Source: a virus (taxonomy: Duplodnaviria; Caudoviricetes). From it: a DNA stretch of 64,000 nucleotides. A program made the translations under genes and the position numbers. Positions 24,162 to 32,500 of this stretch are shown here, in pieces. The notes below the pieces were generated by a model. That model was given only the letters and a program-made list of their open reading frames with translations. It was not told where the DNA came from and did no database searches. The stretch lies in IMG/VR virus record IMGVR_UViG_3300010429_001883, positions 1 through 64,000 of that record; one strand, 5' to 3'. Each line of letters begins with the position of its first letter. Position 1 is the stretch's first letter.

Positions 24162-26297
24162 TCAGCCGCCGTAAATCTTGGAGTAGATGTCCTGCGGGAT
24201 CTGCCGCTTGTATTTCCGCATGATCCGGTAAGCCGCCTTGGCTTGCTTCGGCGTGAAATTGAACTCCTGATCGGCCAGGGAATGGCCGAAGTCGGCGTCC
24301 ATCTTGTTGAACCCGGACCCGTCCAGAGCGTTGGCGTAATCGCACCGGTTGGCCACCATCTTGACGGCCATCTGCAGCATGGCCGACTGCTCCTCGGTCA
24401 GACCCACCTCAGCGAATGCCTTGGCTCGGGCTTCCGTGGTATTTTCCTTGGCCTTGGGGGCCGGGGTGGCTACCTTAGTAGCTTCCTTGGCCTCAACCAC
24501 GTCCCCGGCCTCTTCTCCGGGGAACCCGCCGATGAACCCCTGGGCCTCCAACTCCTCCATGGTCTCGGTCTGCGGGTGCTCCTGCTTCAGCACCTCCACC
24601 CGCTCCGTCTGCCGGTTCCACTCCTCGGTCAGACCGTTGACCCCCGCGCCGAGGTCCATGGCCCGATCGATGTTCTCCTGCTTGCCCACTATGATGTTGG
24701 CCATCCGGGAGTCGATGGAACCTTCCAGAACCAAGTGCTGCACCAGCACACCCTCGTTCTGGCCCTTGCGGTGGCAGCGGTCCTCAGCCTGGGTCACGTT
24801 GCCGGGCACCCAGTCGATCTCAAGGAACACCACATGGGATGAAGCGGTCAAGGTGATGCCCACCCCGGAAGCCCCCATGGTCCCCACGAACAACTGCACC
24901 GACCCGTCCGTCTGGAACCGGTCCACCGAGTTCTGCCGCTTCTCCTTGCTCATGTCCCCGGTGGAGAGGACCGCCCGATTCTGAAACTCGGTGAAGATCT
25001 GGTCGGCGACGTCCTTGTGCCAGCAGAACAACACCACCTTCTTGGCCGGGTCATCATCCAACAGGTCATACAGGTGGCTGATCGCGTACGGCACCTTGGC
25101 CAGCCCGGTCTCGTGCCGGATCACGCTCATCTCCTCGAACAACACCTGCTCGGCCTCATGCAGGTCCCGCACGGCGTTCCGGTAGGCTTCCTCGTCATTG
25201 GCCACCCTGGCCTGTTCCATGGCGTCCTTCAGCAGGGCGATGGCCTCCTGCTTGGAATCCCACAGGTCGTTGCCCCGCTTGATCAAGTCGGCCGCACCGT
25301 TGGCCGGAAGTTCGATCACCTGCCGCCGCTTCGGCGGGAGGTCCTTCATCACGTCCCGCTTCAACCGCCGGATCATGATGGTGGAGCGGAGCTTGGTCTG
25401 AAGCTCCTCCAAATTGGACGCCCCGGTCATATCCCAACCGAACCGGGTCTGAATGGCGTTGCAGTACCGCTTGGCGTAGGCCATGAAGTTGTTCCACGTG
25501 TTGGGGTCCAGCGAGTTGATCAGAGTCCAGAGTTCCACCGGCCGGTTCACGATGGGGGTGCCGGTCATGTAGATCTTGCGCTTGGCCGGGATCGGCTTCA
25601 CGGTCCAAGTCCGGATCTTCCAGTCCCATTTGCCGAGGATCAGCTTGGTCCGCATGGCCTCGCGGTTCTTGGCGTAGTGGGCCTCGTCCACCACCAGCAG
25701 ATCCCACTCGGCCGAGTGGATGAACCCGATGTACTTGGCGAGGATGTCGTAGTTGATGATGAAGATGTCGGCCGTGAAGTCGTCCTGCTTCCCGCCGAGG
25801 ACCGACACCCGCAGCGGCCGCACCAGCCACTTCTCGCATTCGCGCTTCCAATTGATCTTGAGGAAGGCCGGGCAGATCACCAGCACCCGCTTGATGTCCG
25901 GGTTCAAATTGACCACCCCGATCGCCTGGATGGTCTTGCCGAGTCCCGGTTCATCCCCGATCAGAGCGTTGCCCCGGTTGTACGCTTCAATAATCCCAGC
26001 CTTCTGGAAAGGCATGTACTCCAAGTTGGGGTTCGAGGGGATCTTGACCTCGGCGTCCGTGGCGAAAGAGGAACTGAACCGGGCAACCAACCGGCCCCGC
26101 CACTCGTCCAGGATATCCTTGGTCTCGCCGTAGGCCAGATCGTACAGCTTGTTGGCCACCTCGGTGGAGGGGGCGTACCACGTCTTGTGGGTCCCATCCC
26201 ACCGGAAACCGGCCCCCTTGGGAACCTCTCGCTCCTCGTACGGGCAGACCGTCTCGAACCGCTTCCGCTCCTCATCCCAAATCAGCTTAGTTTTCAT
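24162..26297 (-). CDS. SNF2/SMARCAL1-like helicase (annealing-helicase type)
   Basis: YMPFQ; GDEPGLGKT (Walker A variant); DEAH; MTGTPIVNRP; GVGITLT; QAEDRCHRKGQ; N-terminal GFRWD..K.WY domain. Confidence 0.92.
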   Translation of the reverse strand: MKTKLIWDEERKRFETVCPYEEREVPKGAGFRWDGTHKTWYAPSTEVANKLYDLAYGETKDILDEWRGRLVARFSSSFATDAEVKIPSNPNLEYMPFQKAGIIEAYNRGNALIGDEPGLGKTIQAIGVVNLNPDIKRVLVICPAFLKINWKRECEKWLVRPLRVSVLGGKQDDFTADIFIINYDILAKYIGFIHSAEWDLLVVDEAHYAKNREAMRTKLILGKWDWKIRTWTVKPIPAKRKIYMTGTPIVNRPVELWTLINSLDPNTWNNFMAYAKRYCNAIQTRFGWDMTGASNLEELQTKLRSTIMIRRLKRDVMKDLPPKRRQVIELPANGAADLIKRGNDLWDSKQEAIALLKDAMEQARVANDEEAYRNAVRDLHEAEQVLFEEMSVIRHETGLAKVPYAISHLYDLLDDDPAKKVVLFCWHKDVADQIFTEFQNRAVLSTGDMSKEKRQNSVDRFQTDGSVQLFVGTMGASGVGITLTASSHVVFLEIDWVPGNVTQAEDRCHRKGQNEGVLVQHLVLEGSIDSRMANIIVGKQENIDRAMDLGAGVNGLTEEWNRQTERVEVLKQEHPQTETMEELEAQGFIGGFPGEEAGDVVEAKEATKVATPAPKAKENTTEARAKAFAEVGLTEEQSAMLQMAVKMVANRCDYANALDGSGFNKMDADFGHSLADQEFNFTPKQAKAAYRIMRKYKRQIPQDIYSKIYGG

Positions 26298-26416
26298 CGG
26301 ACACCTCCCACTCCAACTTTGTAGATGGTGATTGCTAGGTCAGTACAGGAAGCTACTTGGCCTAGGATCGGGACATGTTTGCCTAGTTTTTTTAGGTTTC
26401 GGAGATACTCGTTCAT
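26294..26416 (-). pseudogene. Truncated 40-aa paralog of 23455-23688
   Basis: MNEYLRNLKKLGKHVPILGQVASCTDLAITIYKVG-VGGVR*; the stop overlaps the helicase ATG. Confidence 0.7.
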
Positions 26417-26569
26417 GTTATCCTCCTAGGTATCCTATAAATTTTAGAAAATAGGGAGAGGGCAAGATGCCGGTTATTGGAGTTATGCGTCGGGGCGGTC
26501 ACATTCAATGTTCCGCGCCATGCCACGCACTATCCGCCGTACTCACCCTCTCCCAGTGGAGGATACCAT

Positions 26570-26606
26570 CAAGAAAAGAGAAAAAAAGAGGGCACGGGCC
26601 CCCTTT
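26570..26606 (-). terminator. Hairpin plus TTCTCTTTT motif
   Basis: GGGGC/GCCCC hairpin followed by TTTTTTTCTCTTTTCTTG. Confidence 0.7.
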
Positions 26607-26871
26607 AGTTGATATTGGTGTTATTGTGAAGTAGCACGTTCACCAAGTCGGAGTCGAAATCCGGCTTGGGGTCGACGTGTGGTGCGAGAGTGGTCAGAAC
26701 GCTTGTAAGTGCGGTATCAGCCTTGATTAGGTCTTGTAGCACTTTGACGCTTAGTGCATTGTTCATGCTCTTGTCGGTGTCCATGGCGACGATCAGCATC
26801 TTTACCATGAATTCAACTTTGCCGAGCGCGCCGCAGAGAGCCGTCATAAACACTTCGTGATTGCACGGCAT
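26605..26871 (-). CDS. Hypothetical protein (start re-assigned to MPCNHEV)
   Basis: GGAGGT RBS precedes the ATG at 26871; same frame as track ORF 26605..26994. Confidence 0.65.
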   Translation of the reverse strand: MPCNHEVFMTALCGALGKVEFMVKMLIVAMDTDKSMNNALSVKVLQDLIKADTALTSVLTTLAPHVDPKPDFDSDLVNVLLHNNTNIN

Positions 26872-26901
26872 TGGTATACCTCCAAAGAAAGATATTACTA
26901 C

Positions 26902-26936
26902 CAAGAAAAGAGAAAAAAGAAGGCGTAAGCCTTCTT
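26902..26936 (-). terminator. Hairpin plus TTCTCTTTT motif
   Basis: GAAGGC-TTAC-GCCTTC followed by TTTTTTCTCTTTTCTTG. Confidence 0.7.
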
Positions 26937-26941
26937 TTTGG

Positions 26942-27445
26942 TTACAGTTTGAACTCGGTTGTGGCCAGGTTGACGATGTGGATGCCGTAAGCACGGGCTA
27001 ATCGGAGTGCCTGCTCGGTGCCGCCATGGCCGGGACTCCAGCAGATGACCATGTCTACTGGTGTCTTGAGGTCAATGCCGAGAATCTGGTGCATGTTGCG
27101 GGCGTGCAATAGGGTCGCTGCCCGCGAGCACATGTGCCAGGCTGGGTGATGGTCTGCGGCTAACGCCAGCGCTGCTTGTGACGGCCGGTTGAGTGGCGAT
27201 GTAGATCCGTTGAATCCTGGCCAAGGCAAGAATATCTCTTTCTTACCATTGGCACGGTCACACCCACGTTCGAACGCCGAGTCTGCGCCGGCCGCGGCCC
27301 CGGAACGTAGTACCCAGCCCTTCTGGGCCATTTCGAAGCCAATGATCTCCATTTGTTGTAGAACGGTTGTTGGAGTTCTTCTGGAACCAATACCGGCATA
27401 GACGTGTGTACGGAATGGGATTTGCTTTTCATTCTGTTGGCACAT
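26942..27445 (-). CDS. SLOG-superfamily (DprA/YspA-like) phage protein
   Basis: YAGIGSR.TP, LRSGAA.GAD, HARN..QILG, GGT.QA. Confidence 0.85.
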   Translation of the reverse strand: MCQQNEKQIPFRTHVYAGIGSRRTPTTVLQQMEIIGFEMAQKGWVLRSGAAAGADSAFERGCDRANGKKEIFLPWPGFNGSTSPLNRPSQAALALAADHHPAWHMCSRAATLLHARNMHQILGIDLKTPVDMVICWSPGHGGTEQALRLARAYGIHIVNLATTEFKL

Positions 27446-27540
27446 AGCTTGTATCCTCCAAAGAAAAAGAGTAAGTTCCCCTAGGTACCGTTTACTACTC
27501 GGTTTAAGGCCCTACGCAAACCTAGGGGAAAGAAGCAACT

Positions 27541-27577
27541 CATGAAAAGAGAAAAAAAGAAGGCCGAAGCCCTCTTT
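27541..27577 (-). terminator. Hairpin plus TTCTCTTTT motif
   Basis: GGC-TTCG-GCC hairpin followed by TTTTTTTCTCTTTTCATG. Confidence 0.7.
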
Positions 27578-27886
27578 TCATAAAGGTATTACAAGTACGA
27601 GCTTTTGGTGCTTACGCACCTTCCAGCATCCGTGGGATGATGCCGGGAAGGCCACAATAAGCGAGTCCGGCCAGATTTCCGGGCCATCATCTGCGTGCTT
27701 AGATGACAGCCAATGGGTTTCGATCTTTGTAGGGTCGAACTGGACGACCCACGGCCCGCGGCCGCCGGTAGATCGTTCTTCCCAACCCTCTGGGCACGGT
27801 GGAGCGATTCGCCCGCGGCAGAAATTACACTCGCAGGCGTTACGGAACGCTCGCCAGTTGTCGCCCCATTCATCTGGGGTTCTCAT
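27578..27886 (-). CDS. Hypothetical protein
   Basis: GGAGGT RBS; ends at a terminator. Confidence 0.7.
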   Translation of the reverse strand: MRTPDEWGDNWRAFRNACECNFCRGRIAPPCPEGWEERSTGGRGPWVVQFDPTKIETHWLSSKHADDGPEIWPDSLIVAFPASSHGCWKVRKHQKLVLVIPL

Positions 27887-27909
27887 GATTTACCTCCAAT
27901 GTAAATGTT

Positions 27910-27967
27910 TGGCGTGTGGGGGGATTCGAACACCCCCTGCCCGATGCTACTCGGGTTACTACACACG
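27910..27967 (-). ncRNA. 58-nt D-arm-less tRNA-like RNA ending in CCA
   Basis: CGTGTG/CACACG-CCA acceptor; CCCGA-GTAGCA-TCGGG hairpin; GGGGG..TTCGAAT-CCCCC T arm. Confidence 0.6.
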
Positions 27968-28044
27968 GAGCCATAACCGGTTTATGGCCCAGCACTATGC
28001 GCACTTGTGCTGGTTTTCGCCGGGTCGCTCTCCGCTACACACGC

Positions 28045-28060
28045 CATGAAAAGAGAATAA
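28045..28060 (-). promoter_or_regulatory. TTATTCTCTTTTCATG motif copy
   Basis: Identical over 16 bp to 28739-28754. Confidence 0.65.
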
Positions 28061-28066
28061 GGGGTG

Positions 28067-28258
28067 TTAGTCCCCCACGACCACCATGCTGGTCGCCATC
28101 GCGATGGTGGTGGCCTCACCATCGCTCTCAAGGCGGCGGACGTACTCGGCGTACGCCCGACGGGCCGCCTTGCGCTCATCCAGGCGGGCGGCAAGCGCCT
28201 GGATGGCCTCCGCCTCGCGGCGGCGAGTGTCGTTTTTGGAGTCCATGGCAACCTCCAT
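28067..28258 (-). CDS. Small hypothetical protein (likely start MDSKN)
   Basis: GGAGGT RBS; flanked by motif copies. Confidence 0.65.
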   Translation of the reverse strand: MEVAMDSKNDTRRREAEAIQALAARLDERKAARRAYAEYVRRLESDGEATTIAMATSMVVVGD

Positions 28259-28271
28259 AATTAAACTTAGT

Positions 28272-28304
28272 CATAAAAAGAGAATAAGGGGCCGGAGCCC
28301 CTTA
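28272..28304 (-). terminator. Hairpin plus TTATTCTCTTTTTATG motif
   Basis: TAAGGGGC-TCCG-GCCCCTTA hairpin. Confidence 0.7.
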
Positions 28305-28308
28305 GTTG

Positions 28309-28644
28309 CTAGAACGGATTCCCGCTGTCGGTCGCGGGCGCGGGGGCGGGCGCGGTGGTCGTGGTCGCGGGCTTTTCATCCGGGGACGAAGTGTCCTCGG
28401 TCAAAGTCCCGCGTTTGAACACTTGGGATGTCCCGCCTGTCTTGGTGGCGACCGCCACGGCTTTGTCGGCGTCGAACATGACCCCGGAGAACCACACGCC
28501 TCCGACATTGAGGCTAGCGGTGACAACCTGGGTGCCGTCAGCCTTGACCACCTTCTTCAGGAGAAGGGGGACTCCGCTCGCCAGCGCCACCAGGATCTGG
28601 GCCTCCGCGCCGAACTTGTCAGCGACCAATTGCTTGATAGACAT
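28309..28644 (-). CDS. Small beta-rich protein with T/P/A linker and -DSGNPF tail (SSB-like architecture)
   Basis: GGAGGT RBS before MSIKQL at 28644. Confidence 0.7.
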   Translation of the reverse strand: MSIKQLVADKFGAEAQILVALASGVPLLLKKVVKADGTQVVTASLNVGGVWFSGVMFDADKAVAVATKTGGTSQVFKRGTLTEDTSSPDEKPATTTTAPAPAPATDSGNPF

Positions 28645-28738
28645 TATCGTACCTCCAGGGCAAAGATTTTCAATCAATAGCAGAGAATCAGACTCCGTGA
28701 TGGGCCGCCAACAACCCACCACGGAGCCCGAAACTCAT

Positions 28739-28778
28739 CATGAAAAGAGAATAACAGGCGTTGGGATCTCCAACACCT
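28739..28778 (-). promoter_or_regulatory. Imperfect hairpin plus TTATTCTCTTTTCATG motif
   Basis: First full motif copy downstream of RNAP-2 in the direction of transcription. Confidence 0.65.
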
Positions 28779-28976
28779 AGCGGGATCGGCACATCCCACC
28801 AGGAAGAGAGCATTAATCCCCGCACCGGTGCTTTCCATTCTCCGCCACGGAGGAAGCTACTCCCCGCGAGACTGTCGGTGCGAGGCAGCAATTGGGCTAG
28901 AACACGTCCACAGACTCAGTTTCCTCTACTTACTAAGGAGGAGATCTATTGTTAGGCATATTCTCTCTCTTAGTAA

Positions 28977-29258
28977 CTAGCTGACTTTAACTATCTTCTT
29001 ATAGTCAGAAGATACTGTAAACTTGAGGCGATATTCCTTCGCCTCTGGTACACTCCATATTAGTGCCGGGACGGTAACAGTCCCATCCTCGTGCACCTTT
29101 ACTTGACAGTCATACATGTACGTATAAGCAGGTTGGCCAATGGTTTTCCTGATATACGCCATGATGACTGGTTTGCACCTGTCCATTATAGCACAGAGCC
29201 GTTCAAAGCTAGCAACGGCACGGGCTATCTCGGCCCTTTCCCTGTCAGAGGAGTTCAT
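28977..29258 (-). CDS. Hypothetical protein (start MNSSDRE)
   Basis: AAGGAGG RBS; TAATG coupling with the upstream gene. Confidence 0.65.
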   Translation of the reverse strand: MNSSDRERAEIARAVASFERLCAIMDRCKPVIMAYIRKTIGQPAYTYMYDCQVKVHEDGTVTVPALIWSVPEAKEYRLKFTVSSDYKKIVKVS

Positions 29259-29569
29259 TAAAACCCCTCCTTGATCTTGGCAGCAACAGCTGCCTTGAAC
29301 AGAGGAGTGTAGATGAACTTCCTGAAGTACGTACGCCAAGGCTTTTCGCCCTGTAGGCGCCGTGACCGCCAGGTATCTACTTCCTCTTGTTCGTTTAGCC
29401 ACACGGTAATAACGTAGTCCGTACTAGTCATAACCGTGGCTTTGAGCAATAATGGGCTGTCGCAGGTTTCTTCCCACACGATGGTGCTGTTTTCCCTGCG
29501 CGCCCACACGTTTCTGCCGCCGATATTGCGGATTTCTACTATCATGGAAATAAAAAGGAGGGGTAACAC
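29258..29569 (-). CDS. Hypothetical protein (true start uncertain)
   Basis: ORF track; coupled to the next gene. Confidence 0.55.
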   Translation of the reverse strand: MLPLLFISMIVEIRNIGGRNVWARRENSTIVWEETCDSPLLLKATVMTSTDYVITVWLNEQEEVDTWRSRRLQGEKPWRTYFRKFIYTPLFKAAVAAKIKEGF

Positions 29570-29576
29570 CCCTCCT
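29551..29576 (-). terminator. Terminator after RNAP-2
   Basis: AGGAGGGGT/ACCCCTCCT hairpin followed by TTTT. Confidence 0.75.
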
Positions 29577-32500
29577 ATTCCTCCACGTAATAGCTATCCG
29601 CTTGATCCTGACTAAGAACCAAGTCAGGATCGGGCCCATCGTCAAGGACATATTCGGAGAGGTCTGTCCCCTCTTCGTAGTCCTCGCCGATTTCCCCGGC
29701 GGGTGTATCCTTATACCACCCGGACACCAGCCGAGCGGTAGCTGCAGCAATGTGATCGGTCCAGCAAAGCCGATCACTTATAAGGCGATAATTAGTAACC
29801 AGAGCGATGTAGAAACAAAGCTCTGGCTGCTCTTTCGCCCAAGACTGGACAACTGCCGGCAGGCAGTCCTTGATCCAGTCTTTCGTAAAGATCTGCAGTT
29901 CCACGTGTTGGGTGACATGCTGAATCACCTGCAGTGTGGACACTGCTTGCCCGCCGCCAGCAGGAATCCATCTGGCATCGGCGAGGGTGGCAGCCGTATA
30001 GCTGACCAACATCCCCCACGCCTCGGCCAGGTCCTCGCGGGTCGGGGTAGCTTCGGGAGGAAGCCCCTCAAGTTGGGGCATCCCGCCCTTGCCCATCACC
30101 TGCATGTTCTGCAGGATGCGGGCCTTCAACATGGTGGCCACGTTATTGCCACCGAAGAAGCGGCGCAGATTCGACTGGGCCGTCGGACGATCCTTGGCCA
30201 GCTGGGCTTCAAACAGCGGCTTGAGCCACTGCTGATTGAATGGGCGCATGTCCCATTCATATTTTCCCTTTGGCCGGTCTTGCACATACTTAGCGGCGAG
30301 CGTGTACATAGCTGCCGCCATGCGGTACGTGCGACCCTCGGCCAACCACCGCTGGATGGTGGGGCGCCACACGGTACGGAAGAACCGGTTGGTTGCCTCC
30401 GTAGTGTGGGTCTGGGGCCGGAAGTCCTGTTTGTACATGGGCACTTTCTTGCCCTTGTACGTCACAACGTCCGGGATCAGCTCAGACAGCGCTGATCTGC
30501 TGCCGCCAATGTGCTGGAACAAGGAGCCCTGTACGGGGTAGGATTGGCCCTTTTTCCAGCATCCGTTGAGGAGGACGTTCTGGAGGACATCCACGCCAGC
30601 GTAGACACTCCCGTTTTTGTCCTCACTAACCATGGCGTACATGCCGTGAAACATGTCCGCCAGGTCGAACGGGAAGCTGAACGATCCCATGAAGCAAGCG
30701 ACGTCGCTCAAGCGGGCGGCGTCGAGCTCATTCGAGATCGCATCAAAGAGCCCCACGATGTCGTGGGAGCCTTTGTGCTTCCCGTTACCCATGTCAATAT
30801 ACTCCTCGCCGAACCACTTCAGGAGAAGGACAAAGTACTTGCCCTCAATCTCCTTTAGGGTCACCAAGGAGTTAATGAGATGGGCGTACTTCGGCTCGTC
30901 GTCGGCGTCATACACCTTGCTCTGGAGAACTACTTCCCCAACACGAGCAAGGCGATACCGTTTCGCCGAGCTGTCGTTCGGGCAGCTATTCTTGGTGGCC
31001 ACGCGAAGATTGGTGGGATACGCAGCCACGAGCGTGCGCATCTCCTCGCTGGTCGGGCCAATTTTGCCTGCCCGGAATTTGGAAACGACCTCGTTGACCT
31101 TGTCAGCAGGCAGCCCAAGCTTTGCAGCCAGAGCGTTTGCTTCCATGGTCTGGAAGTCATTATACATCGCCTCGAGGAACCGGTACGCAGGGAGGTACCG
31201 GCACACGGTAGCGGCCCACGTCCCAATGGACGCTAGCATGCCGTGTTCGAGACAATACAGGTGGCTTTCGTACACATGCTTCCACCCACCACACTTCTTG
31301 GTGGCAGGCTTGTCCATGTACTTGGCCACCAGGGCCATGTCGGCGCGGGCTTCCAGATTAGGAATCTGGAAATTGTCCTTGATGCCGGCCAGGAAGCGCT
31401 CGTCAAAGAGCACCTTGGCTTCGTCATCAAGGTCCGCCCCGCCCAGAGTGCCCAACACCTGCTTCAAGTCGTGGAAGTTCACGTAAAGAACTCCCACGGC
31501 CGCGAACAGGGCCGGCACAGCCTTAGCGAAGTCCTTGAAGAGACCAACGACGATCTCCCAGGGATTCGCATGGGGCGAACGAACTACCGCCCCTTCTCCT
31601 TCCCGGCCCCACAGATGGAACTCACCCTTGGCCATAACCAGCGACTTAACGCTGTAATAGCCGCTGGGAAGCCACCCAGTTGGGTCCGGTTGGACGTACC
31701 CCCGGTCGCTGAACTCGGCCGGGATCATGACTCTCCCAATCGCGATCTTATCACGAAGCGTCTTGCCCTTGAGGGCAATGTTCATGATAAGGCTCCGCAA
31801 TTGGGGAAATCTGAAGATGTTGACCTTGCCCATGATGCGCAGGGCAGTAAGAATGGTGGCATTCTTCTGCACCTGGCTTAGGTCCAGGTCTTCATCATCG
31901 ACCTCCACCGCCTGAAGGTGGAGGAACTGACGGGTGGCCTCGACGCCAGCCCGCAACGCACGGTCAAAGGCCTCAAAGAATTCGTGCACATACTGCACGA
32001 AAACTCTTTCGGCCCCTGCCGTGAACATGGTGAGGAACTGCCGATCAGTGAAACAGGCACCGCGATGGTCCACGATACCTCCCACGATCAGCAGGCTGAC
32101 CGACGGCAGCCAGTCGGTCTTGAAGTTGACCTCGTGGTAAACGATGTCAACACCAGGACCAAGGCGCCAAGAGACACGAGCATTGCCCTTGACAATGCCT
32201 CTGCCCTTAAACACAATTCTCACACACTTGAGAATTGTGCCTTCGGGGAGAGGCTGGACTCCCCGAGCGCGCCAATTAGATCCATATAGCAGGCGCATAA
32301 TGTACTCGCCTGATACATGAATACACCCGTCATGGGCAGCCTTAAGGCTGGCTTCGAGAACGTCGTCAATTTCGACGCCCTCAGAAGCCGTAACCTCTCG
32401 CTGCCCCTCGTCGGTGAGCACCGCGTACCGAAGGCTTTCCGACTGCCAGTCGACAGCCAGAACGCCGCCCAGTAAGGCGCTCATCCGAGCGAAGACGGTG

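Noticed and set aside
23982-26331. Long plus-strand ORFs (286, 211 and 435 aa)
   Set aside because: They are antisense shadows of the GC-rich helicase gene and have no recognisable motifs.
17846-28754. AAAAGAGAA repeats as a CRISPR array
   Set aside because: Spacing is irregular (hundreds to thousands of nt) with genes in between, and no cas genes are present. No CRISPR array was seen in the window.
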